DNA of 64,000 nucleotides from Alphaproteobacteria bacterium (GTDB lineage Bacteria; Pseudomonadota; Alphaproteobacteria; CAJXXZ01; 1604HC): NCBI GenBank assembly GCA_023898705.1, contig CP060235.1, positions 235,701 to 299,700 of the forward strand, read 5' to 3'. Shown piece by piece: positions 39,967 to 48,829 of this stretch (position 1 is its first letter; each line of letters starts with the position of its first letter). The notes under the pieces were generated by a model. It saw only the letters and a program-made list of their open reading frames with translations, ran no database searches and was not told where the DNA came from. The position numbers and the translations under genes were made by a program.

Positions 39967-40425
39967 ATGTCGATGAATAATGAAAATAAAGATTTTGGCG
40001 CGGAGGTTTCAGTGCCAGGTGATACAAGCAAGTCTCAAAGTTCTATTACAAGTTCTGATAGTGAATCTAAGTCAAAAATTTTGGGGTCTATATATAAAAA
40101 AAGAGCTAAAAATAAAAGGGCTGGTTCGATCAGAGCTATTCTTAGATCTTCTGATGTTAAAGTGTTAGATGAATGTGTTGCCAATTTGGTTAGTAGTATC
40201 CATAAAATTATTGGATCAACGCAAGTATTGGGACCTCTTCCTTTGCCTAAGAAGAAAAAGGTTTGGACTGTATTAACTAGCCCTCACATAGATAAGAGAG
40301 CTAGACAGCAGTTTGAGCGATTTGTAAGAACTAGAATGATTGAGTTCCCTGCTTCTAAAAAAGTAATGGATGCTATAGATGGGAATTCTATTCCTGCATC
40401 TGTAGAGATTGAGGTAAAAACATGA
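39967..40425 (+). CDS. rpsJ: 30S ribosomal protein S10 with an N-terminal Ser-rich extension of about 50 aa
   Basis: The S10 core IRAILRSSDVKVLD...GPLPLPKKKKVWTVLTSPHIDKRARQQFE starts near residue 55. An AGAGGA SD lies 8 nt before the ATG at 39967. Confidence 0.93.
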   Translation: MSMNNENKDFGAEVSVPGDTSKSQSSITSSDSESKSKILGSIYKKRAKNKRAGSIRAILRSSDVKVLDECVANLVSSIHKIIGSTQVLGPLPLPKKKKVWTVLTSPHIDKRARQQFERFVRTRMIEFPASKKVMDAIDGNSIPASVEIEVKT

Positions 40426-41081
40426 AAAATTTTGGATTGTTGTGTAAAAAGGTTGGCATGGTTCAACATGATTGTGATGGTAAGTTTATACCTTTGACTT
40501 TATTGCATGTTGAAGATCCTGTTGTGGTTGGTTTTAAGACTTTAAATAGAGATGGTTATTCTGCTGTTATTTTGGGTTTTGGTTATTCAAAACTTAAGTC
40601 TTGGAACAAACAGCAGCATGGTTTGGTTTCGAATGATGCGCGAGTAGTTGCAAAAATTAAAGAATTCAGGGTGAATGACCTTTCTAAATTTACCCTTGGC
40701 GAAGCTGTTAAAGTTTCAGACTTTTTTAAATTAGATGATTTGGTAGATATTCAGGGTTACACTTTGGGTAGAGGATTTACTGGTCCAATGAAAAGATGGG
40801 GCTTTAGTGGATTGAGGGCTACACACGGTGTGTCTAGATCTCACAGAAGTCATGGTTCTACAGGTACTCGTGATCAAAGTAGGGTTTTTAAGAATAAGAA
40901 AATGGCTGGAAGGTATGGTAATGAGAAAGTTACCATTAAAAATGTTAAGTTGAAATATTTGGAAGAAGAATCAAATATAGCTAAAAATGGTTCTATTATC
41001 GGTGTATATGGGGCTGTGCCTGGTTACAAAGGTGCTTATTGTTCTGTCTTTAAGAGTGTTTCTAAAGGAGAGTTGTTGTGA
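40422..41081 (+). CDS. rplC: 50S ribosomal protein L3
   Basis: 219 aa. Motifs GLLCKKVGM, GRGFTGPMKRWGF and HGSTGTRD. Confidence 0.95.
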   Translation: MKNFGLLCKKVGMVQHDCDGKFIPLTLLHVEDPVVVGFKTLNRDGYSAVILGFGYSKLKSWNKQQHGLVSNDARVVAKIKEFRVNDLSKFTLGEAVKVSDFFKLDDLVDIQGYTLGRGFTGPMKRWGFSGLRATHGVSRSHRSHGSTGTRDQSRVFKNKKMAGRYGNEKVTIKNVKLKYLEEESNIAKNGSIIGVYGAVPGYKGAYCSVFKSVSKGELL

Positions 41082-41719
41082 GTAATCCATTAGTGTTAAA
41101 TGTTGTTGATATATATGGTAAAAATGTTGGCGATGTAGCTTTGGACTCTAAAGTCTTTGATTGTCCTATGAACGATTATATTTCCTATGAGGCAATTAGA
41201 TGGCATAGAGCCAATGCAAGACAAGGAACACACTGTGCTAAGGGGAGATCTGATGTTGCTGGTTCTACAAAAAAAATCAGGGCTCAGAAAGAGACAGGTA
41301 AGGCAAGGCAAGGAAATGGAAAAGCTCCTCATTTTACTGGTGGTGGAGTTTATGGTGGTCCAATTCCAAGATCTTATAAGTTTAAATTAAATAAGAAGGT
41401 AAAAGCATTGGCTTTGCGTATGTTTTTATCTGATAAAGTAAGAGAGAAAGAAATTGTTGTTATTGATGATTTTACGAACTATAAGGGCACTAAAACTAGA
41501 GAGTTTGTAGAATTTATAAATAATATTGGTTGTAATGGCGAGAAAAAAGTGCTTTTGTTATCTAATAATTTTGATCAGAACATGATTGCGGGTAGTCGAA
41601 AGGCTAGAAATATAAACTTACTTTTGTCTGCTGGTTTGAATTCTTATTCTTTATATAATCATAATCTTATAGCTTTAGATCTTAAGACGATTAAAGAAAT
41701 AGAAAGTAGGTTAATGTGA
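41078..41719 (+). CDS. rplD: 50S ribosomal protein L4
   Basis: 213 aa. Motifs RQGTHCAKGRSDVAGSTKKIRAQKETGKARQG and KFKLNKKVKALAL. Confidence 0.93.
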   Translation: MSNPLVLNVVDIYGKNVGDVALDSKVFDCPMNDYISYEAIRWHRANARQGTHCAKGRSDVAGSTKKIRAQKETGKARQGNGKAPHFTGGGVYGGPIPRSYKFKLNKKVKALALRMFLSDKVREKEIVVIDDFTNYKGTKTREFVEFINNIGCNGEKKVLLLSNNFDQNMIAGSRKARNINLLLSAGLNSYSLYNHNLIALDLKTIKEIESRLM

Positions 41720-42021
41720 AATTAACAAATAGTGAGAATATTACAAAGCTATTTAAGGGCATGGTATTTTCCGAAAAGTCATTTAAATTATTGGATATGG
41801 GTGTTATTTCTCTAATTTTTGCAAAGCATGTAAATAAGATTATGATTAGAGAAATGTGTAAAAATATTTTTGGAATTTCTCCTGTTTCTGTAAATACGTG
41901 TAATGTTAAGCCTAAAACAAAACATTACAAAGGAGTTAAAGGAGTGCGCAAAGGCTTTAAAAAAGCTTTCATTAAGGTCGCTCCTGAAGATATTAATAAA
42001 ATTAAAGAGGTTGCAGAATGA
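41716..42021 (+). CDS. rplW: 50S ribosomal protein L23
   Basis: 101 aa. Its position between rplD and rplB and the VFSEKS...VNT......K.K.....G.....KKA.IKV pattern support the call. Confidence 0.88.
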   Translation: MKLTNSENITKLFKGMVFSEKSFKLLDMGVISLIFAKHVNKIMIREMCKNIFGISPVSVNTCNVKPKTKHYKGVKGVRKGFKKAFIKVAPEDINKIKEVAE

Positions 42022-43229
42022 AACAAGAGAATACAAATCAGAAGTTTAAAGCTAGGCGTTTTGGATTTTCTACTGGTGGTAGAAGGAATCAGAGTGGGCC
42101 AAGAAGTTTTTCGTCTGATAGAAGAAATGATATGATGAGTCAAGAAGGCGCTGGAGATAAGTCTGCATCGAGAAATTTTTCTCAAGTGGATGGTCGATCC
42201 AATCAAGAAGGTAGCTCGAGGAATTTTTCGCATCGTAGGGGAGACAATAGGATAAAACGAGAAGGTACAGGTCAACGATATAAGTCAAATAGTTTTTCGC
42301 AAAGAAATGGTGAGTCAAATCAAGAAGGTAGTTCAGGGAATTTTTCGTATCCTAGAAAAAATAGTGTAAGGAAGCAACAAATTACGAGTCAAAAGGCTAA
42401 ATTGAGACGTTTGCCTCCTACGACCCCAGGTCAAAGAGGTACAGTTTTAGTAGATAAGAGAGAATTGTGGAAAGGTAAACCTCATAAGAGTCTTGTTCGT
42501 GGAGTAGCTAGAAGTGGTGGTAGAAATTCTTCTGGAAAGTTGACAGTTAGATATATTGGTGGAGGCCATAAGAAAGTTTTGCGAGATGTATCTTTTTATG
42601 ACAGATCTGTGTGGGGTAATAAGTGGGTTGTAGAACGCTTTGAATATGATCCTGCTAGAAGCGCTTTTTTGAGCTTAGTAAAAAAACACGATGATGAGAA
42701 TATTAAGAAGTATGTTGTGGCTACTGCTAATCTTGTAGTTGGTAGTGTGGTTGAATTTTCTGACTCTGCTGAGATTTTAAATGGAAATGCAACGATTTTA
42801 AGAAATGTTCCTTCTGGTGTACAGGTTCATAGTGTTGAATTGTCTCCTGGTAATGGAGCTGCAATTGCAAGATCTGCTGGTACTTTTTGTTCTGTTTTAG
42901 GAAAAGAAGGCGAGTACACAATACTAAGATTAGTTTCTGGTGAAAAAAGAAAGTTTTTGGGAGATTGTAAGTGTGTTATCGGATCTGTTTCAAATGAAGA
43001 TCATAAAAACAGAAAGATCGGTAAAGCAGGCAGAAATAGATGGAGAGGTATTAAACCTCATGTTAGAGGTGTTGCCATGAACCCTGTTGACCACCCACAT
43101 GGAGGAGGAGAAGGAAAGACTTCTGGAGGAAGACACCCTTGCTCTCCTTGGGGATTGGCTACCAAAGGTAAAAAAACCAGACCAGTTAGAAAACACAATA
43201 AATTTATAATTGAAAGGAGGAAGAAGTGA
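42018..43229 (+). CDS. rplB: 50S ribosomal protein L2 with an N-terminal repeat-containing extension of about 125 aa
   Basis: The canonical L2 sequence begins near residue 128 ([12 protein letters not shown]...) and ends with [29 protein letters not shown]. The ATG overlaps the rplW stop (ATGA). Confidence 0.93.
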   Translation: MKQENTNQKFKARRFGFSTGGRRNQSGPRSFSSDRRNDMMSQEGAGDKSASRNFSQVDGRSNQEGSSRNFSHRRGDNRIKREGTGQRYKSNSFSQRNGESNQEGSSGNFSYPRKNSVRKQQITSQKAKLRRLPPTTPGQRGTVLVDKRELWKGKPHKSLVRGVARSGGRNSSGKLTVRYIGGGHKKVLRDVSFYDRSVWGNKWVVERFEYDPARSAFLSLVKKHDDENIKKYVVATANLVVGSVVEFSDSAEILNGNATILRNVPSGVQVHSVELSPGNGAAIARSAGTFCSVLGKEGEYTILRLVSGEKRKFLGDCKCVIGSVSNEDHKNRKIGKAGRNRWRGIKPHVRGVAMNPVDHPHGGGEGKTSGGRHPCSPWGLATKGKKTRPVRKHNKFIIERRKK

Positions 43230-43555
43230 ATCAATTGGAAAACAATCTCGTAAATCAAGATGAAAAAGCAAATGGTGGAGGTACAACTTTCCCTAGAAGG
43301 ATGCCTTTTGTAGATCATCACTTAATCAAACATGTTGTGAGACATAAAGAGTTGAAAAAGACTTCTCCTATAAAGACTTGGTCCAGGAGATCAACAATTA
43401 TTCCATCTTTTGTCTCTATGACATTTGCTGTTCATAATGGTAAGAAATTTATACCAGTTTATGTAACTGAAAGCATGGTTGGGCACAAATTAGGGGAATT
43501 TTCATTTACTAGGAAGCACCAACCTCACGGAAACAGAAAGGTGTCTAAGAAATGA
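43226..43555 (+). CDS. rpsS: 30S ribosomal protein S19 (N-terminal extension of about 20 aa)
   Basis: 109 aa. Motifs [26 protein letters not shown] and [27 protein letters not shown]. The GTG start overlaps the rplB stop. Confidence 0.95.
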   Translation: MNQLENNLVNQDEKANGGGTTFPRRMPFVDHHLIKHVVRHKELKKTSPIKTWSRRSTIIPSFVSMTFAVHNGKKFIPVYVTESMVGHKLGEFSFTRKHQPHGNRKVSKK

Positions 43556-43899
43556 TTAATTTTGTTAGTGCTAGTTTTAAAAATATACATGGTAAGCCTT
43601 TCTGTTTTAGCATGCTAGCCAGGTCCATCAGAGGCTCTAATGTTCAGAAGGTGATAGGACAGTTGGGTTTTAAAAAAGGTAAATACTGTGATACAATGAG
43701 AAAACTTTTGAGTTCCGCACTTTCTAACGCTAATGATAAGGGGATTGAAGGTAGTTTGACTATAAATGAGATTTTAGTAGGTAGAGGAAAGTACTTAAAA
43801 AGAATTGAATTTAAAGGAAGAGGAAGAGTTGGTTCTAAATGGAGAGCTCATACTAATTTGAGAGTTATTTTGAAAGCTGAGGGTGTAAATGGGAAATAA
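43552..43899 (+). CDS. rplV: 50S ribosomal protein L22
   Basis: 115 aa. Conserved position and the [32 protein letters not shown] motif. Confidence 0.93.
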   Translation: MINFVSASFKNIHGKPFCFSMLARSIRGSNVQKVIGQLGFKKGKYCDTMRKLLSSALSNANDKGIEGSLTINEILVGRGKYLKRIEFKGRGRVGSKWRAHTNLRVILKAEGVNGK

Positions 43900-44518
43900 G
43901 GTCCCTTTGTTTAATTTATGGGGTGGAAAATATAAGTCGGATTGGTATGCTAACTATAAAGATTATAGTAAGTATGTTATAGAGGATGCTAAAATTAGAT
44001 CACTGTTGCAAGCTATGAACAAAGTTCATGGTTGGGGTATGTCAGAGGTTCACGTAACTCGAATCGCTAACAATATACAGTTGGATATAGAAGCTTCTAG
44101 GCCTGGTGTTATTATAGGAAAAGCTGGACAGGATTTAGAATGGCTCAAGGCAAGAGTTTCTTCTATATTGGGTCCGAATATCAATCTAAAAATACAGGTT
44201 AATCCTATTAGGAAGCCAGAAATAGATGCTCAATGTTTAGCTGATAAGATAGCTTTTGATCTTTGTAAAGGAAAGAGATATAAGTTTCTTATAAAGAAAT
44301 ATATTGGAGATGCTATGAGATCTGGTATTAAGGGTATTAAAGTAGAGTGTTCTGGAAGACTTGGTGGAGTTGAGATCGCAAGACAATTCAAAATATCTGA
44401 AGGAAGTGTTCCTAGACAAACAATTAGAGCTGATATAGATTATGCTTTGTCCGCATCTAAAACAAATTCTGGTTTGTGTGGTGTGAAAGTATGGATTAAT
44501 AAAGGAGTAAGGAAGTAA
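43889..44518 (+). CDS. rpsC: 30S ribosomal protein S3
   Basis: 209 aa. Motifs MGNKVPL, the KH domain RPGVIIGKAGQD, and GIKVECSGRLGGVEIAR. Confidence 0.95.
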   Translation: MGNKVPLFNLWGGKYKSDWYANYKDYSKYVIEDAKIRSLLQAMNKVHGWGMSEVHVTRIANNIQLDIEASRPGVIIGKAGQDLEWLKARVSSILGPNINLKIQVNPIRKPEIDAQCLADKIAFDLCKGKRYKFLIKKYIGDAMRSGIKGIKVECSGRLGGVEIARQFKISEGSVPRQTIRADIDYALSASKTNSGLCGVKVWINKGVRK

Positions 44519-44932
44519 ATGTTACAGCCAAGAAGAAGACCTTATAAGTATGGTTGGAAAAAAGTATCCACCTCGGTGGCTACCAGTAATTTTTTGGTCA
44601 AAGGTGAGTATGGGTTAAAAGCTTTGGATTGTGGTAGGATCAGTGCACGCCAGATTGAGGCTTGTCGTAGTGCGATTAGGCGTTATGTTAAGCGTGCAGG
44701 AAAACTCGAGATTAGGATTTTCCCCCACTCTCCTATCAGCTCTAAACCTGCTGAAGTCCGAATGGGTAGTGGTAAAGGTAGCATAGATAGATATGTTGCT
44801 ATGGTAAGATCTGGAGTTATTTTATTTGATATCTCAGGTGTATCTGAAGATATGGCTAAAGAAGCATTTGCTAGAGCAGCTGCGAAACTTCCTATAAAGT
44901 CAAAGTTTGTTCATAGTAGAAACTTTTCTTAA
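44519..44932 (+). CDS. rplP: 50S ribosomal protein L16
   Basis: 137 aa. Motifs MLQPRRRPYKY, ISARQIEACRSAIRR, PAEVRMGSGKGS. Confidence 0.96.
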   Translation: MLQPRRRPYKYGWKKVSTSVATSNFLVKGEYGLKALDCGRISARQIEACRSAIRRYVKRAGKLEIRIFPHSPISSKPAEVRMGSGKGSIDRYVAMVRSGVILFDISGVSEDMAKEAFARAAAKLPIKSKFVHSRNFS

Positions 44933-45062
44933 AGTATTAAGTGTTTATTACTTGTATTATGTGTTGACTTGTGTTTTTGGCAGTATCTGTGAAACTCTTA
45001 CTTGGTACGGTGTTGAGTTGTAGTTGTGAGTTGCTATTTGATAGATGCCAAACAATTAAAAC

Positions 45063-45551
45063 CTAAGAGTTCTTTTTAAAACATCTACGTTTATTTTTAC
45101 TTCGTGATTCAACATCATCAGTTGCACTCTTTAGTAGCGCTACAACATCCGCATGCCCTCTTTCTGATGCCCACATTAGTGCTGTTTCGCCACACTTATC
45201 CTGTAAATCAACATTTGCATTGTATTCAAGAAGTTTTTCTACAACATCCGCATGCCCATTTTTTGATGCCCTCATTAGTGCTGTTTTGCCATCCTTATTC
45301 TGTAAATCAACATTTGCATTTTGAGCAAGAAGTTTGTCCACAACATCCACATCCCTTTTTATTGATGCACACATTAGTGCTGTAAAGCCATCCTTAGCCT
45401 GTAAATCAACATTTGCATTGCATTTAACAAGAACCTCAATAGCTTTGACATGCCCACCTTGAGAAGCAATCACCAATGGAGCGTCCCCAGGCTCACAACT
45501 TAAATTACTTATCAAGAGGAAACCTAATATACTTATTCTAAAATCCTTCAT
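45063..45551 (-). CDS. Ankyrin-repeat protein (paralog A1) with N-terminal hydrophobic leader and basic Cys-containing tail
   Basis: Four ANK units (DGxTALMxASxxGHxDVVxKLLxxNANVDLQ). Leader MKDFRISILGFLLISNLSC and tail SRSKNKRRCFKKNS. The start is taken at the internal M of the 169-aa ORF. Confidence 0.9.
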   Translation of the reverse strand: MKDFRISILGFLLISNLSCEPGDAPLVIASQGGHVKAIEVLVKCNANVDLQAKDGFTALMCASIKRDVDVVDKLLAQNANVDLQNKDGKTALMRASKNGHADVVEKLLEYNANVDLQDKCGETALMWASERGHADVVALLKSATDDVESRSKNKRRCFKKNS

Positions 45552-45595
45552 GCTTATATTATAACATGTCAATAAATAATTAAAATATGACTAGC

Positions 45596-45745
45596 TTACA
45601 ATATAGTTTTAACATTGTTAAACTTATGAGATTTCTTTAGTAGCGCTACAATATCATTATGCCCATTTTCTGATGCCCACATTAGTGCTGTTTTGCCATA
45701 CTGATTCTTTAAATAAATGTGGTAAAGTAACAAATGAAGGCATAA
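45596..45745 (-). pseudogene. Relic 3' fragment of an ankyrin-repeat gene
   Basis: The minus-strand frame reads ...LKNQYGKTALMWASENGHNDIVALLKKSHKFNNVKTIL*. About 80 nt are clearly similar at the DNA level to 45125-45205 of paralog A1. There is no upstream ORF or start. Confidence 0.6.
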
Positions 45746-46001
45746 ATATATTCGTGTTTGCTTATATTATAAATGCTTACTTGATTGCAATGCATATGTC
45801 GATTACAGCATAAATTCAATTTGAGCAGCATGGGATGCTATATGCTTGTCGAATTAAAATGGTATAAGCTTTTATCGTTTACGTTAACTGGATTATGCAC
45901 TTTCCAAAAGTTTAAGATATTATTTTTTAGTGAATAAGCATGTATTTTATCGATGATGTGGCTATAGACTTTATTATTGTTTTATAGTAGATTTTCATTG
46001 T

Positions 46002-46172
46002 ATGTCTGAAAAAGAATCTTTAGAGTCAATGTACAGTAACTATCTGGAGCTTAAAATGCATCATTCTAGGAAATCCCTAAAGGATACTTCTTCTTTAAAA
46101 AAAATAAGAAAGAAGATTGCTAGAATTAAGACTGCAGTGAAGAGCAAAAAAGCAGAGGTGAAGAATGACTAA
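46002..46172 (+). CDS. rpmC: 50S ribosomal protein L29
   Basis: This 56-aa ORF is not in the supplied track because it is under 60 aa: MSEKESLESMYSNYLELKMHHSRKSLKDTSSLKKIRKKIARIKTAVKSKKAEVKND*. It sits in the conserved position before rpsQ and overlaps it by 8 nt. Confidence 0.8.
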   Translation: MSEKESLESMYSNYLELKMHHSRKSLKDTSSLKKIRKKIARIKTAVKSKKAEVKND

Positions 46173-46398
46173 GTATATGTATGGAAGGGTGGTATCAAAA
46201 TCTTCTGATAAAACTGTATCTATTTTAGTTAGGAGAGAGTATACACACCCAATTTATAAGAAAATTGTTAGAAGAAATAAGAAGTTTTTAATACATGATC
46301 CTAACAATCAGTGTTCTGTAGGTGAGTATATCAAAGTTAAGTCTTGCGCACCTATTTCCAAAAGGAAAAGTTGGTGTTTTACGGGAGATGGAGTATGA
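46165..46398 (+). CDS. rpsQ: 30S ribosomal protein S17
   Basis: 77 aa. Motifs GRVVSKSSDKTVSILV, HPIYKK and HDPNNQCSVGEYIKV. Confidence 0.93.
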   Translation: MTKYMYGRVVSKSSDKTVSILVRREYTHPIYKKIVRRNKKFLIHDPNNQCSVGEYIKVKSCAPISKRKSWCFTGDGV

Positions 46399-46751
46399 TT
46401 ATTAAACAGACTGTGATGAATGTATCTGATAATTCGGGTGCAAAATTGGTTAGATGTATTGGTATGGGTTCCAGAAGGAAGTCAGGTGTTGGCATGATTG
46501 TTAAAGTCTCTGTTATTAAGGCTGAACCAAATGGTACGGTGAAAAAAGGTGATGTATATGATGCCGTTATTGTTACTACAAAAGCTAAGGTTAATAAATC
46601 TGATGGAGTGTTGGTAAGTTATTCTTCTAATTCTGTAGTGCTGTTAAATCAGAAGAAAGAATCGATCGGTACTAGAATTTCTGGGGCTGTAGATAGGTCC
46701 TGTAGAGTTATAGATCAGAATATTACATCTAGAGCTGAGGAGGTTCACTGA
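46395..46751 (+). CDS. rplN: 50S ribosomal protein L14
   Basis: Start moved to MIIKQTVMNVSDNSGAK (canonical L14 N-terminus); 118 aa. Confidence 0.96.
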   Translation: MIIKQTVMNVSDNSGAKLVRCIGMGSRRKSGVGMIVKVSVIKAEPNGTVKKGDVYDAVIVTTKAKVNKSDGVLVSYSSNSVVLLNQKKESIGTRISGAVDRSCRVIDQNITSRAEEVH

Positions 46752-47062
46752 TGCCTAAGTATAAGTTTAAATCTGGTGATAAGGTCATAGTTATAACTGG
46801 ATCTGACAGAGGAAAAGTTAGTTCTATACTCGCAGTTGATCGTAAGAATCATAAGGTACTCGTTAAAGGGGTTAATGAAAAGAAACTGCATAAAAAATCT
46901 GATGGACAGAATCAGGGTGGTATTATTTCCGTTGAACGTCCTATAGATATTTCTAATGTGGCACATGTATTGGATGGAAAAGCTGCTAAGGTTAAGTATG
47001 ATATCACAGGAGAGAAGAAAAAGCTTGTGTTTAAGAAGAATGGTGCAGAGGTGAGAAAATGA
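46751..47062 (+). CDS. rplX: 50S ribosomal protein L24
   Basis: 103 aa. KFKSGDKVIVITGSDRGK KOW motif. The ATG overlaps the rplN stop. Confidence 0.93.
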   Translation: MPKYKFKSGDKVIVITGSDRGKVSSILAVDRKNHKVLVKGVNEKKLHKKSDGQNQGGIISVERPIDISNVAHVLDGKAAKVKYDITGEKKKLVFKKNGAEVRK

Positions 47063-47607
47063 CTAGTCGTTTAGGTAATTTATTTCATCAACAGATTGTT
47101 CCTAATTTAAAAAAGGATCTAAATTTAACAAATGATTTTTCTGTTCCTCGTTTGTTGAAGGTAGTTATTAGTGCAGGTTGTGGTAGATTTATTAAAGATT
47201 CTGCTAAGGTGGAATTTATTTATGATCAGATTATGAAAATTACTGGTCAATTGCCTGTAAAAGCAAAGGCGAAAAAATCTGTGGCTGGATTTGCTGTTAG
47301 AGAAGGAATGATATCAGGTATCTTAGTTACTCTAAGGAAGGATAAAATGTACAATTTTATTGATAGACTTGTATATTTGACTTTGCCTAAAGTGAGAGAT
47401 TTTAGAGGGATTGCTGTTGATGCGTTCGATGGTAATGGTAATTACAATTTAGGAATCAAAGATCATTCTGTCTTTTTTGAAAGTAGCGATGATTTTTCAT
47501 TTGGGATGAACATAGCTTTTGTTACATCTGCAAAAACAGATCAGCAATGTAAATCTTTGCTTCTGGGTTTGAATTTTCCATTTAGAGAGAGGGCTAAGCA
47601 TGTCTAA
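47059..47607 (+). CDS. rplE: 50S ribosomal protein L5
   Basis: 182 aa. Motifs PRLLKVVISAG, KSVAGFAVREGM, LPKVRDFRG and GNYNLGIKD. Confidence 0.95.
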   Translation: MTSRLGNLFHQQIVPNLKKDLNLTNDFSVPRLLKVVISAGCGRFIKDSAKVEFIYDQIMKITGQLPVKAKAKKSVAGFAVREGMISGILVTLRKDKMYNFIDRLVYLTLPKVRDFRGIAVDAFDGNGNYNLGIKDHSVFFESSDDFSFGMNIAFVTSAKTDQQCKSLLLGLNFPFRERAKHV

Positions 47608-47905
47608 GAAAAGTATGATATATAGAAATTTGCATAGGAAATTGCTATGTCAAAAATATAAAGAGAGAAGAGACGAAATTAAAGGGCAATTGAAGAGCAG
47701 GACTATCGCTCCTGATGTAAGATTGAAATTAATGCACGAGTTAAATAAGCTACCTCGTAATAGCTCTCCTGTTAGATATAGGAATAGATGTCAACTAACT
47801 GGTAGAGGCAGAGGAGTTTATAGAGATTTTGGATTGTGCAGACATAAAATAAAGGAATTTGCCATACTCGGCTATTTGCCTGGTGTAGGACAGTTCAGTT
47901 GGTGA
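47600..47905 (+). CDS. rpsN: 30S ribosomal protein S14 (long, non-zinc type)
   Basis: 101 aa. Motifs LPRNSSPVRYRNRCQLTGRGRGVYRDFGLCRHKIKE and a terminal W. Confidence 0.95.
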   Translation: MSKKSMIYRNLHRKLLCQKYKERRDEIKGQLKSRTIAPDVRLKLMHELNKLPRNSSPVRYRNRCQLTGRGRGVYRDFGLCRHKIKEFAILGYLPGVGQFSW

Positions 47906-47912
47906 GGGTTAA

Positions 47913-48296
47913 GTGAGTTGTTTAATAGCTGATGGTTTGTCAAAGGTAAAGAATGCTATTTTGACAGGAAGAGAAGAAGTTAAGATTAGGAAGTCCAACT
48001 TTATTCATAAAGTGTTTGAGGTAATGTGCCAAGAAGGATTTTTTAATGGTGTTTCTATTGTAGATGGGGATATAGTAATTAGTTTAAAGTATGATAATTT
48101 TGGTATTCCTGTGATTAGAAAATTATCTATGGTGTCTAAGCCATCCAGGAGAATCTATTTAGGAAAATCAGAGCTTTCTAAATTAAGAAAAAAGCGATTT
48201 TCGCTCTTAGTGTTATCTACTTCTGAAGGAGTCATGTCCGATGTAGAAGCTTATAACCGTGGTATAGGTGGCGAAATTGTGTGTGAGGTGTATTGA
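47913..48296 (+). CDS. rpsH: 30S ribosomal protein S8
   Basis: 127 aa. Motifs IADGLSKVKNA, SKPSRRIY, VLSTSEGVMSD and GGEIVCEVY. GTG start. Confidence 0.93.
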   Translation: MSCLIADGLSKVKNAILTGREEVKIRKSNFIHKVFEVMCQEGFFNGVSIVDGDIVISLKYDNFGIPVIRKLSMVSKPSRRIYLGKSELSKLRKKRFSLLVLSTSEGVMSDVEAYNRGIGGEIVCEVY

Positions 48297-48829
48297 TGTC
48301 TAGACTTATAAGAAATCCTATTATGTTTGGAGAAAATGTTAAAATTGCGTTTGACAAGAATGTACTTACTATTTCCGGTGTTAATGGGGAGAGTAAGATA
48401 AATATTCCACATTTTATTAATTTGGCTGTGTCAGATAATTCTGTCCAAATATTGCCTAAGGATGATGTATCTAAAGCCGACTATCCAATGTTGGGAACCA
48501 TGAGATCTTTGATTAAGTCTGCTATTTTGGGCGTAAATACAAAGTTTGTAGAAACCTTAGATTTATTTGGAACTGGTTATAAGGCTGCTGTTGTTGAGGG
48601 AAGATTGGAAATGCAGTTAGGTTACAGTCATCCTATAATATTGGATATCCCTAGTGAACTTACTGTTGTGTGTCCTAAACCAAACGTAGTTGAAATATCT
48701 GGTATAGATAAGCAACAAGTTGGCCAGTTTGTGGTTCATGTACAGTCAAAGAGGAAGCCTCGCCCATATAAAGGTGGAGAAATAAGACGTAAAGGTCAAT
48801 TTATTAGAAAGAAAGCAGGAAAGAGATAA
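48293..48829 (+). CDS. rplF: 50S ribosomal protein L6
   Basis: 178 aa. Motifs SRLIRNPI, GTGYKA, LQLGYSHPI, PRPYKGGEIRRKGQ. Confidence 0.95.
   Translation: MMSRLIRNPIMFGENVKIAFDKNVLTISGVNGESKINIPHFINLAVSDNSVQILPKDDVSKADYPMLGTMRSLIKSAILGVNTKFVETLDLFGTGYKAAVVEGRLEMQLGYSHPIILDIPSELTVVCPKPNVVEISGIDKQQVGQFVVHVQSKRKPRPYKGGEIRRKGQFIRKKAGKR

Noticed and set aside
41812-42318. Minus-strand ORFs (74, 116 and 82 aa) opposite the rplW end and the rplB extension.
   Set aside because: I considered whether the L2 extension might be non-coding with a real gene on the other strand. The antisense ORFs overlap one another and rplW, whereas the sense frame is continuous with canonical L2 and translationally coupled to rplW.
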